DNA from: Flavobacteriales bacterium
GTDB lineage: Bacteria; Bacteroidota; Bacteroidia; UBA4408
Length of the DNA: 51,549 bases
NCBI GenBank assembly: GCA_040383885.1
Contig: JBEICQ010000002.1
Span: 1 to 51,549, forward strand
Direction of reading: 5' to 3'
In this document: positions 17,817-24,934 of the stretch, one piece after another
Layout: each line of letters begins with the position of its first letter
Numbering within the stretch: the stretch's first letter is position 1
Position numbers and translations under genes: made by a program
The notes under the pieces: generated by a model
Told to the model about the DNA's origin: nothing
What the model saw: only the letters and a program-made list of their open reading frames with translations
Databases searched by the model: none

Positions 17817-19346
17817 CTATTTATTGGGTTCTTTTTCGGGAAAGGAAATATTGTTTCCATTAATTCTTACTTCCTGATCATTTTGGTATTCAATGGTATA
17901 AAGTAAGGTTCCGTCTGTATCATATTTCCTCCATTTCCCATCTTTCTGTCCCATGATAAATTTTCCTTCCTGCATAACCCGTCCATTGTCATAATAAATC
18001 AGATGCTTTCCATTTTCAAGATTCTCAATAAATTCTCCTTTATATGCTGTTTTACCATTGTTGTAAAACCATTTCCATTCTCCTGTTCTTTGTCCGGCTT
18101 TGTAGTTCCCTTCCTGTCTTTCATCACCATCTTCCAGAAACCAGAATCCTTCTTTTTCCCCTTCTACATACATGCCCCTGGTAATCACCTTGCCTGAATC
18201 GGAATACTCCCTCATCTCTCCTTCCTGTAAGCCATTAATGAATGATTCTTCCCTGAGTATATTTCCGCTCTCGTAAAACCAGGTCCAGTTTCCTTCCGGT
18301 TTTCCGTTCTTATTATAACTGCCGGTTTGTTCTTTTTTGCCGTTTTGATAAAAGAAATTCCATTTTCCGGTTCTTTTGCCGTTCAGGTAAGTTCCCTGGG
18401 CCCGGATTTCCCCTGTAGGATAGAATTCCTTCCACTCTCCCTGTTGCCAACCTTTTTCATCGATAAGTCCTTGTGCTGAGAGGATTCCTCCTTTATATAC
18501 TTTGGCATCTGTTGGTTTTCCATTTTCATCAAAAAATTTAGTAATTCCTTCTGCTATTCCCTGTTTAAAGGTGCCTGATGATTTTACTTTACCGTTTTCA
18601 TAATACTCATTCCGTGTATCCAGCATAATTAATTCTGCTGCGTTTTGCTGGAGCTGACCATCAATATATTTAGCGGTTTTAATCAAATCTCCTTTGCGAT
18701 TGTATTCTTTGTAATACCCATCCAAACGATCATTCACATACCTGCATTCTACCTTCACATTGAGATTTGAAAAAAATAATTTCCAGTTGCCCTGCTTCCG
18801 TCCCGCAGCATCTTTCCGGTTTATTCTTTCCTCCCGTTGTAGGAATCCGTTTTTGTAAGTGGTTATCGTTATGATGGTACTATCAGGCGCATATTCATAT
18901 CCTTTTCCCGATTCTTTTCCGGCAGCAAAAGGAATTGTTTTGTATACATATCCTTTTTTATAATATTTCGCAATTCCTTCTCTTAGGTCATTGAGAAAGG
19001 GCTCTTCTGATAAAAGAAAACCGGAATCAGGATCAAATACCTGTTTCAAACCATTTTTTTTTCCTTCTTTGTAATAAAGGGTTTGCTGCAGTTTACCATT
19101 TTTACCGAAAAAATTCCATAAGCTATCTAACTGATAATTTTTTCTGTTTCCCTCTGTTTTTAATGTTCCGTTTTCAAAATAGGTTTTCCAATACCCATCA
19201 GGTTTGCCGTTTTTTAAAAATCCCTCAGAAGACAGGGCGCCTGAGGCATAATAATATTTTTTGTAACCGTCAATAATGGAATCTGTTTGTGCTGCCGTAT
19301 GGGTGAAGCAAACCAAAATAAACAGTATCGAAAATAATATCCTCAT
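17817..19346 (-). CDS. MORN-variant repeat protein (YwqK-like family); secreted or periplasmic
   Basis: The start is taken at MRILFSILFILVCFTHTAAQ (signal peptide). More than 15 repeats of the G-x-W-x-x-Y/F-Y-x-NGK type follow (GYWKTYFENGTLK, GEWKEFYPTGEIR, GKWNFFYQNGKKE, GNWTWFYESGNIL, GEWKWFYNNGKTA). Confidence 0.8.
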   Translation of the reverse strand: MRILFSILFILVCFTHTAAQTDSIIDGYKKYYYASGALSSEGFLKNGKPDGYWKTYFENGTLKTEGNRKNYQLDSLWNFFGKNGKLQQTLYYKEGKKNGLKQVFDPDSGFLLSEEPFLNDLREGIAKYYKKGYVYKTIPFAAGKESGKGYEYAPDSTIITITTYKNGFLQREERINRKDAAGRKQGNWKLFFSNLNVKVECRYVNDRLDGYYKEYNRKGDLIKTAKYIDGQLQQNAAELIMLDTRNEYYENGKVKSSGTFKQGIAEGITKFFDENGKPTDAKVYKGGILSAQGLIDEKGWQQGEWKEFYPTGEIRAQGTYLNGKRTGKWNFFYQNGKKEQTGSYNKNGKPEGNWTWFYESGNILREESFINGLQEGEMREYSDSGKVITRGMYVEGEKEGFWFLEDGDERQEGNYKAGQRTGEWKWFYNNGKTAYKGEFIENLENGKHLIYYDNGRVMQEGKFIMGQKDGKWRKYDTDGTLLYTIEYQNDQEVRINGNNISFPEKEPNK

Positions 19347-19353
19347 CTTTTCA

Positions 19354-20292
19354 TCAAGCAAGTCCTGCTTGTTTTGATATTTCAATCATTTTAAGAATCG
19401 GTTTTTCTGCTTTTTGTCTGATCTCTTCATCCATACTAATTTCAGGATTTTCATGCAACAGACAGTGATATAGTTTTTCGATGGTATTAAGTTTCATATG
19501 CGGACAATCATTACAGGCGCATGCATTATTGGGTGGTCCGGGAATGAAAGTCTTCTGAGGAGAAACTTTTATCATTTGATGAATAATACCCGATTCGGTT
19601 ACTACGATAAATTCATTTGCAGCATCTTTCATAGTGTAATTAAGGAGGGCAGTAGTGCTTCCTGTAAAGTCAGACAAAGACAGAACATCGTCGGTACATT
19701 CCGGATGACAGATTACTTTTGCATTTGGATGTTGTATTTTTAATTCGGCTATTTTACGATACGAAAAAATTTCGTGCACCATACAGCTACCATCCCACAA
19801 GAGCATATCTCTCCCTGTTTTTGACATGATGTATTTACCCAAATTTTTATCGGGAGCAAAAATTATTTTTTGGGAAGGAGGCAAACTGTTTACCACTGCC
19901 ATTGCGTTGCTGGAAGTACAGATAATATCAGTCATAGCCTTTATTTCAGCAGTACAGTTAATATATGAAATTACGAGATGATCGGGATGCATTTGTTTGA
20001 ATTTTGCAAAATCAGAAGGCCTGCAAGAATCAGCTAGTGAACAGCCGGCTTTCAAGTCCGGAAGAAGTACTTTTTTTTCCGGGTTCAGAATCTTCGCTGT
20101 CTCTGCCATGAAGTGAACACCTGCAAAAACAATGATGTCTGCTTTTGTTTTTGCGGCCTGTACCGACAGTCCTAAACTATCTCCCAAATAATCTGCTGCA
20201 TCCTGAATATCTTTATCCTGATAATAATGAGCCAAAATTACTGCATTCTTTTTCTTTTTTAAGATCTCTATTTCTTTAAATATATCTTTCAT
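19354..20292 (-). CDS. nadA: Quinolinate synthase NadA
   Basis: The N-terminus contains [45 protein letters not shown] is present, as are conserved Cys contexts including CMVHE and [14 protein letters not shown]. The length is 312 aa. Confidence 0.95.
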   Translation of the reverse strand: MKDIFKEIEILKKKKNAVILAHYYQDKDIQDAADYLGDSLGLSVQAAKTKADIIVFAGVHFMAETAKILNPEKKVLLPDLKAGCSLADSCRPSDFAKFKQMHPDHLVISYINCTAEIKAMTDIICTSSNAMAVVNSLPPSQKIIFAPDKNLGKYIMSKTGRDMLLWDGSCMVHEIFSYRKIAELKIQHPNAKVICHPECTDDVLSLSDFTGSTTALLNYTMKDAANEFIVVTESGIIHQMIKVSPQKTFIPGPPNNACACNDCPHMKLNTIEKLYHCLLHENPEISMDEEIRQKAEKPILKMIEISKQAGLA

Positions 20293-20337
20293 CTTAAATC
20301 AATTCTTTAACTATTCTTTATTATGGCTGTTAATACT

Positions 20338-20394
20338 GTTCATATCTCGATGTTCAACCATTAAAGGTATACTTTTTACTCTGATATGAACATC
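20338..20394. promoter_or_regulatory. Cluster of ATGTTCA/TGAACAT heptamers in the nadA upstream region; a candidate operator or alternative RNA pairing
   Basis: GTTCATATC (20338-20346) is the exact reverse complement of GATATGAAC (20383-20391). GATGTTCAA (20349-20357) can pair with the overlapping TGAACATC (20387-20394). A direct repeat of ACATCTTTT lies at 20390-20398 and 20401-20409. Confidence 0.3.
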
Positions 20395-20776
20395 TTTTCA
20401 ACATCTTTTTCTCTTCAAATGTATTGATAATAATGCCTATTTCAAGATTATTAACAAACCGTTGATAAACATGAAAGGAGTAATTGTTCAATAAGGCGAT
20501 TGTGAAGAAATTTTTAAAAAGAGATGATAAAAATCAAGAAAATGATTTTCCATTTTGATAACTCTTTATATGTAGCAGGTAAAGGAAAAAAACATCTTAA
20601 AATTTCCCTACAGAAATTAGTTTCTATTCACAGGGAGAGTGTTCAAAAATGACCTCTGAAGCCTCTTCATTTTCAGGCATTTATTTTTTTTCAAAGCTTA
20701 TGAAAAGCTTGTTGTAAAGCCCAAAAATTTTTTTAAAGGTTGTGAAATGAGCCTTTTTAGTGTGTAGTTTTATCAC

Positions 20777-21208
20777 ATGAAAACCATTGGTATTGCCTGT
20801 GACCACGCCGGCTTCCTACTCAAGGAGTTTCTCAAAAAAGAACTCTCTGAAAAATATCTGTTCTTAGATTTTGGAACAGACAGTGAAAATAGTATGGATT
20901 ACCCTGATGTGGCTCATCCTCTGGCAGAGGCTGTAGCCTCCGGAAAGGTGAATTGGGCCATTGCCATCTGCGGAAGCGGAAACGGTATTAACATGACCCT
21001 GAACAAACACGCCGGAATTCGATCTGCATTGTGCTGGAACACCGAGCTTGCAACACTTGCAAGGAAACACAACGATGCAAACATCCTCGCCTTGCCTGCC
21101 AGGTATATCACCAATACACAGGCCATTGATATGCTTGAAGTGTTTGCCAACACAGATTTTGAAGGTGGAAGACACGAAAAAAGGATCCGCAAAATCAATC
21201 TTTCCTGA
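20777..21208 (+). CDS. rpiB: Ribose 5-phosphate isomerase B
   Basis: The sequence reads MKTIGIACDHAGFLLKE...AIAICGSGNGINMTLNKHAGIRSALCW...HNDANILALPAR, which is the RpiB/LacAB signature. The length is 143 aa. Confidence 0.95.
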   Translation: MKTIGIACDHAGFLLKEFLKKELSEKYLFLDFGTDSENSMDYPDVAHPLAEAVASGKVNWAIAICGSGNGINMTLNKHAGIRSALCWNTELATLARKHNDANILALPARYITNTQAIDMLEVFANTDFEGGRHEKRIRKINLS

Positions 21209-21209
21209 G

Positions 21210-21230
21210 TATCAACATGCCATGTTGATA
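21210..21230. repeat. Perfect 21-bp palindrome, TATCAACATG-C-CATGTTGATA
   Basis: I read this directly. It starts 2 nt after the rpiB stop codon (TGA, 21206-21208) and lies 69 nt upstream of the next ATG. No U-tract follows. Confidence 0.8.
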
Positions 21231-21298
21231 ACAAGCCACACTAAACTTGAAATCAATGAAAGCATGGACATAGATTTGAAAAAACTAGCAATTGTGTC

Positions 21299-22498
21299 AT
21301 GAGTTTATTAGACAGATTTATCAAGTCATCAGAGGAGAAGTCCAGAGATGAGGCGCAACGCAAATTTGCGCAGCAGGCCGAGGAAGAGGCAAATACTCGT
21401 TTCCGCGCACTGGATGTGGTTTATACAGACAAAGAACTTGCGCGAAACCGGGCTTCTTATATCAAGCGCAAAGCAATAGATAATCTTGATACCTACCTGA
21501 TTGAATTCGAGAGCCACTTTACCAAACGGGGAGGAAAAATCATTTGGGCACAAACCCACCAGGACGCAGGAGCAGAGATTGCCAAATACATAACAAAAAA
21601 AAATATTTCTTCCGTATACCTCAAAGAATCAGATCTCTCTCAGGAAATACTGCTTGAGGTAGCCCTCAATCGTGAGAAGATAACCATCTTCGGAAACGAA
21701 CCTTATCAGGTGGCGATCGGAAACGCACAATTTATGCTTGCCGATAGTGGTGCACTGGCTTGTATGGCCCAGGACCCCAAAGAGAAAAGAATTTTACAGC
21801 AGGCACAAACGCTGATTTTACTATGTTCTATTGAAAAAATTCTTCCAAGCGCTAACGATCTTGAACTGTTTGTAAGTCTTCTGAATAGTTATTCCATTGG
21901 GGGAAAATATCCTGATTCAGTACAGATTGTAAGTGGTGCAAAACAATCCCCGGAACAAGCGGGTAGTAGCGAGGTTGTACTTGTTCTTATAGACAATGGC
22001 AGAACGCAATTGCTTGCACAACCTGAACAGCGGTATGCCCTTTCCTGCATTGGATGCGGAGCCTGTTCTGCAGTCTGTCCGGTAACTCAAACCATCGGCA
22101 GCAAATCTTACGAAAGCGTTTATGCCGGACCCATTGGCTCGGTAATTATGCCTTATCTCTCTCTCGATGATGATTATCATCATCTGAGCTATGCTTCAAC
22201 TTTATGCGGAAAATGCAGAGATGTGTGTCCCGTTAAAATCGATATACCCAGGATGCTCGGCTTTAACCGACAGGATTTTGTGAGCAAGGGAGCCTTGTCA
22301 AAAAAAGACAATATCGCCATGTATTTCTGGAAAAAAGCTATGCTCCGAAGATCTGTTATGGAAAAAGGGGGACAAAAACTCAAATCATTTATGTTGCGTC
22401 AGTTTTTCAAAAAGGACTGGGGTGACAGGCGCGATTTTCCTGAAGTCTCTGCAAAATCTTTTCACACACAATGGTGCGAGAAAAAGGGACTTCGCTAA
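21299..22498 (+). CDS. LUD-domain / 4Fe-4S dicluster protein (LutB/LldF-like lactate-utilisation iron-sulfur protein)
   Basis: Two ferredoxin-type motifs are present, CIGCGACSAVCPV and CGKCRDVCPV. The N-terminal region resembles the LUD (DUF162) fold context found in LutB. No lutA or lutC partner is adjacent. Confidence 0.7.
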   Translation: MSLLDRFIKSSEEKSRDEAQRKFAQQAEEEANTRFRALDVVYTDKELARNRASYIKRKAIDNLDTYLIEFESHFTKRGGKIIWAQTHQDAGAEIAKYITKKNISSVYLKESDLSQEILLEVALNREKITIFGNEPYQVAIGNAQFMLADSGALACMAQDPKEKRILQQAQTLILLCSIEKILPSANDLELFVSLLNSYSIGGKYPDSVQIVSGAKQSPEQAGSSEVVLVLIDNGRTQLLAQPEQRYALSCIGCGACSAVCPVTQTIGSKSYESVYAGPIGSVIMPYLSLDDDYHHLSYASTLCGKCRDVCPVKIDIPRMLGFNRQDFVSKGALSKKDNIAMYFWKKAMLRRSVMEKGGQKLKSFMLRQFFKKDWGDRRDFPEVSAKSFHTQWCEKKGLR

Positions 22499-23727
22499 AG
22501 ATTACGACCACCGGATATATCCGTTTGTTTCTTTATCTGCCGGTGTGTATCATGGCATGGATTGAAAGAAACAGTCCAACAGATCTCGATATTTATTTAC
22601 AAGCTTCAAGAGATTATGTAGCAGGAATCAATCCTTTTAATGAACTCTACCACCAGTGGTATCATTACTACTACTCCCAGTTTTTTGCCCTGTTGATGTT
22701 CCCTCTGGCACTCATGCCTAAAGCGCTCGGGCACATGTGTTGGATGCTACTAAACTATTTTCTGGCAGAACAATGTTTTTTCCTGATTGAAAAACAAACC
22801 GGGAACATCCCCGCGCCTCATAAAGCCACATTCAGATGTATACTCATCGCAGCGTCCATGAGGTTTGTTTATGAAAATTTGCACTACGGACAGGTGAGTA
22901 TCCTGATTCTGTGGTTTTGTTTAAAAGCCTGGGATGCAATTGAAAACAAGAAGCTTGTCGCCGCCGGATCATGGCTGGCCATTGGAATCAATCTGAAGAT
23001 ATTGCCTCTGGCTTTGTTGCCCTGGCTGGTACTAAGAAAAAAAGGGAAGACCCTTATCTCTTGTATGCTTGTGTTTTTTCTTCTGGCAACAGCACCCGCA
23101 CTCTTCACAGGCATGGATTCCTGTTTGGAAATGGGCCGGTCAAGATGGGCCCTGATAAATCCTATACAGTCACAACACATCAAAGATGTAGCCGAAGACA
23201 GTTTTCACTCAATAACCACTTTTCTGTCTGTCTTTTTGAGCGACAATGAGCCATACAAAGGCATGAGAAGAAGCATTTTACAATTGGATGATACAGCCCT
23301 GGCCCAAGGTATTTTTGCCGCAAGAGCCCTCTTTGCCCTGAGCATGCTCATTTATATGTACAGACAGGGAGGAATTAGCGGCTCACAAAAACGCCATGTT
23401 TATGAATGGTATTTTGCCCTGGTCTTGATTCCGCTTGTTTTTCCTCACCAGCAACACTACGCTTTCATTTTTATTATTCCGGCATTTGCCCTTCAGGTAG
23501 CCGCATTTTTTTCGTTGTCGCCCGCCCGCAGGAACAAACTAAAAGTAAAAGGGTTCTTGCTGTTTGTTCCAGCAGTTATTTGGTCTCTCAAACTTTTGCT
23601 CGGAGAATTTAATCCGTTCTACGAGTACTATAAAATCCTTACATGGTCGGCTTTGTGGCTCTGGCTTCTTGTTTTTTACGAGGGCCTTTTTCCTGACCAT
23701 AGTCCTCGCCCAACAAAGATTGAATAG
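22471..23727 (+). CDS. Polytopic membrane glycosyltransferase, GT87/DUF2029-like (GT-C fold)
   Basis: At least eight hydrophobic segments are visible. The first loop, DLDIYLQASRDYVAGINPF, matches the D-x3-Y...G-x-NPY/F motif typical of DUF2029/GT87 enzymes. The ATG at 22471 overlaps the preceding gene by 28 nt and gives a positively charged N-terminus ahead of TM1. Confidence 0.7.
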   Translation: MVREKGTSLKITTTGYIRLFLYLPVCIMAWIERNSPTDLDIYLQASRDYVAGINPFNELYHQWYHYYYSQFFALLMFPLALMPKALGHMCWMLLNYFLAEQCFFLIEKQTGNIPAPHKATFRCILIAASMRFVYENLHYGQVSILILWFCLKAWDAIENKKLVAAGSWLAIGINLKILPLALLPWLVLRKKGKTLISCMLVFFLLATAPALFTGMDSCLEMGRSRWALINPIQSQHIKDVAEDSFHSITTFLSVFLSDNEPYKGMRRSILQLDDTALAQGIFAARALFALSMLIYMYRQGGISGSQKRHVYEWYFALVLIPLVFPHQQHYAFIFIIPAFALQVAAFFSLSPARRNKLKVKGFLLFVPAVIWSLKLLLGEFNPFYEYYKILTWSALWLWLLVFYEGLFPDHSPRPTKIE

Positions 23728-23926
23728 GCACTTGTGTGTCAAGTAATTCTTTCCAGGGTACACCCAGAATTTCACAGATATGTTGCAGTTTACCGAAGGA
23801 GGCTCTCGCTGCCCTGAACTCTAGTTTGCGGTAACCTTCAATAGACATATCAAGTTCGATAGCCATGGATTCAAGGCTGTAATTTCTGTAGTTGCGCAGG
23901 CAACGGATGCGGGTAGGAATATCCAT
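23639..23926 (-). CDS. Small XRE-family helix-turn-helix transcriptional regulator
   Basis: The start is taken at MDIPTRIRCLRNYRNYSLESMAIELDMSIEGYRKLE, a typical HTH_3 layout. The 3' end overlaps the convergent GT87 gene by 89 nt. The longer ORF-track version adds a hydrophobic N-terminus that I consider unlikely. Confidence 0.6.
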   Translation of the reverse strand: MDIPTRIRCLRNYRNYSLESMAIELDMSIEGYRKLEFRAARASFGKLQHICEILGVPWKELLDTQVPIQSLLGEDYGQEKGPRKKQEARATKPTM

Positions 23927-24136
23927 ATTGATTAGGTTTTGGAGTGAAATGGTTTGAACTATCTTAAATACAATGCAATAATAAACAAGAATAGCTATGA
24001 AAAAAACACTCAAAAACAGAAAATGCTTGTTAAGAAATATTTGTCAACAGTAAAAACCTGTTCGTCTAACGAAGGGAATTATTGGGCGAAGAACATGGCC
24101 ATATTTCATGCAAAATTCATGAAACATGCAGGGGCA

Positions 24137-24170
24137 TAAAAAAACAAAGGCGCCACTGTGGGCACCTTTT
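24137..24170 (-). terminator. Rho-independent terminator downstream of tRNA-Cys; hairpin flanked by A and T runs, potentially bidirectional
   Basis: The minus strand reads AAAAGGTGCC-CACAGT-GGCGCCTTTGTTTTTTT. The stem is 6 bp G+C-rich with one G-U and can be extended by A-U pairs. A T-run follows. Confidence 0.65.
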
Positions 24171-24179
24171 CAATTGGTG

Positions 24180-24250
24180 AGGTCCCGACCAGATTCGAAC
24201 TGGTGTAGAAGGTTTTGCAGACCTCTGCCTAGCCACTCGGCCACAGGACC
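24180..24250 (-). tRNA. tRNA-Cys (anticodon GCA), 71 nt, CCA not encoded
   Basis: I folded the cloverleaf by hand. The acceptor stem is GGTCCTG/CGGGACC and the anticodon stem GAGGT/ACCTT, with loop CTGCAAA. The variable loop is 4 nt, the T-arm is ACCAG-TTCGAAT-CTGGT, and the discriminator is U, the tRNA-Cys identity element. Confidence 0.95.
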
Positions 24251-24329
24251 TTAAAGAAGGTTGCAAAGTAACGCATTAAATCAGGAATTAACAAACCCTT
24301 GTACAGCGCGGAAAAACAGGCTGAGCGAT

Positions 24330-24866
24330 TTACTCAAAGCGGATGCTGAGGTCGTCGAACATGACAGGATCCTGACCAAAATTCCACGCGTAAATTTTTA
24401 TGAGGTTGTTTGGATCAAGTAACTGGGGTTTGAGCGGAAGAACAACCTTGAAAGCCGACCATTCGCCGGGCTTTTTGATGAACTTTTTTACATCAATGGC
24501 CTCATAGGCCTGTATTTGATTTTGAGGATTTTCGAGAGAAATCACATAGGCGGCCTTGGCTGCAGCAGAAACGGTTTTTCCATACCCTTCTACCACAATT
24601 GTTTTTGGTGGATTGGGCAACAGATCGGCAACATTCATACAGTAATCAATCCCATATTGAACCTTGGCGTCAGTGTACACACAATACTTGCCCGAACGGG
24701 CTTCATTGGTTTTAATTAAGCTGGGATGATTTTTTACAAAATGAACCAGTTCATCAAACTGGATATGATACTCCTTGTTGTTAAACACTTCTTGCTTTTT
24801 TCCACAGGAGAAAAAAACAAGTGAAATAGCAAGAAAATAAAGAAAATTAGCCTGTATTTTTATCAT
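24330..24866 (-). CDS. Hypothetical lipoprotein, possibly a beta-sandwich carbohydrate-binding-like protein
   Basis: The start is taken at MIKIQANFLYFLAISLVFFSCGKK (lipobox). I recognise no family with confidence. The C-terminal pattern KIYAWNFGQDPVMFDDLSIRFE resembles jelly-roll/CBM-type ends. Confidence 0.55.
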   Translation of the reverse strand: MIKIQANFLYFLAISLVFFSCGKKQEVFNNKEYHIQFDELVHFVKNHPSLIKTNEARSGKYCVYTDAKVQYGIDYCMNVADLLPNPPKTIVVEGYGKTVSAAAKAAYVISLENPQNQIQAYEAIDVKKFIKKPGEWSAFKVVLPLKPQLLDPNNLIKIYAWNFGQDPVMFDDLSIRFE

Positions 24867-24934
24867 GACGCTTTTGGGTGCGCAAATATATAAAAGCAAA
24901 ATTATTCTTTGTTTTGATGGACAACAAACAGCAA

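Noticed and set aside
15261-19400. A low-G+C block suggesting a horizontally acquired island. Hand counts of a few 60-nt lines gave roughly 32-35% G+C in the kinase and MORN genes, against roughly 42-55% in flanking genes.
   Set aside because: The other MORN gene at 5010-5957 is just as AT-rich (about 30% in the line I counted). The kinase is Lys/Asn/Ile-rich, so the skew is explained by amino-acid composition. There are no integrase, transposase, tRNA-flank or direct-repeat boundaries. A proper sliding-window G+C and codon-usage calculation would be needed to reopen this.
20293-20420. A known NAD+ riboswitch (nadA motif class I, or the pnuC/NAD-II motif) in the nadA leader.
   Set aside because: I could not draw the tandem bulged-stem architecture of the nadA motif, and I do not recognise its conserved nucleotides in this very AT-rich leader. 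Those classes are also reported from other phyla. I kept only the generic repeat and alternative-pairing observation. An Infernal scan would settle it.
20524-20652. A 42-codon ORF (MIKIKKMIFHFDNSLYVAGKGKKHLKISLQKLVSIHRESVQK) in the nadA-rpiB spacer.
   Set aside because: It is Lys/Ile-rich, as expected for a random frame in AT-rich DNA. It has no recognisable motif, no convincing start context and no terminator. It is not reported as a gene.
24251-24329. A TAnnTTTG-type promoter for tRNA-Cys (minus strand, ...GTTACTTTGCAACC...).
   Set aside because: The sequence has TACTTTG with only one spacer base, so it is not an exact match to the -7 consensus. It is too weak to annotate.
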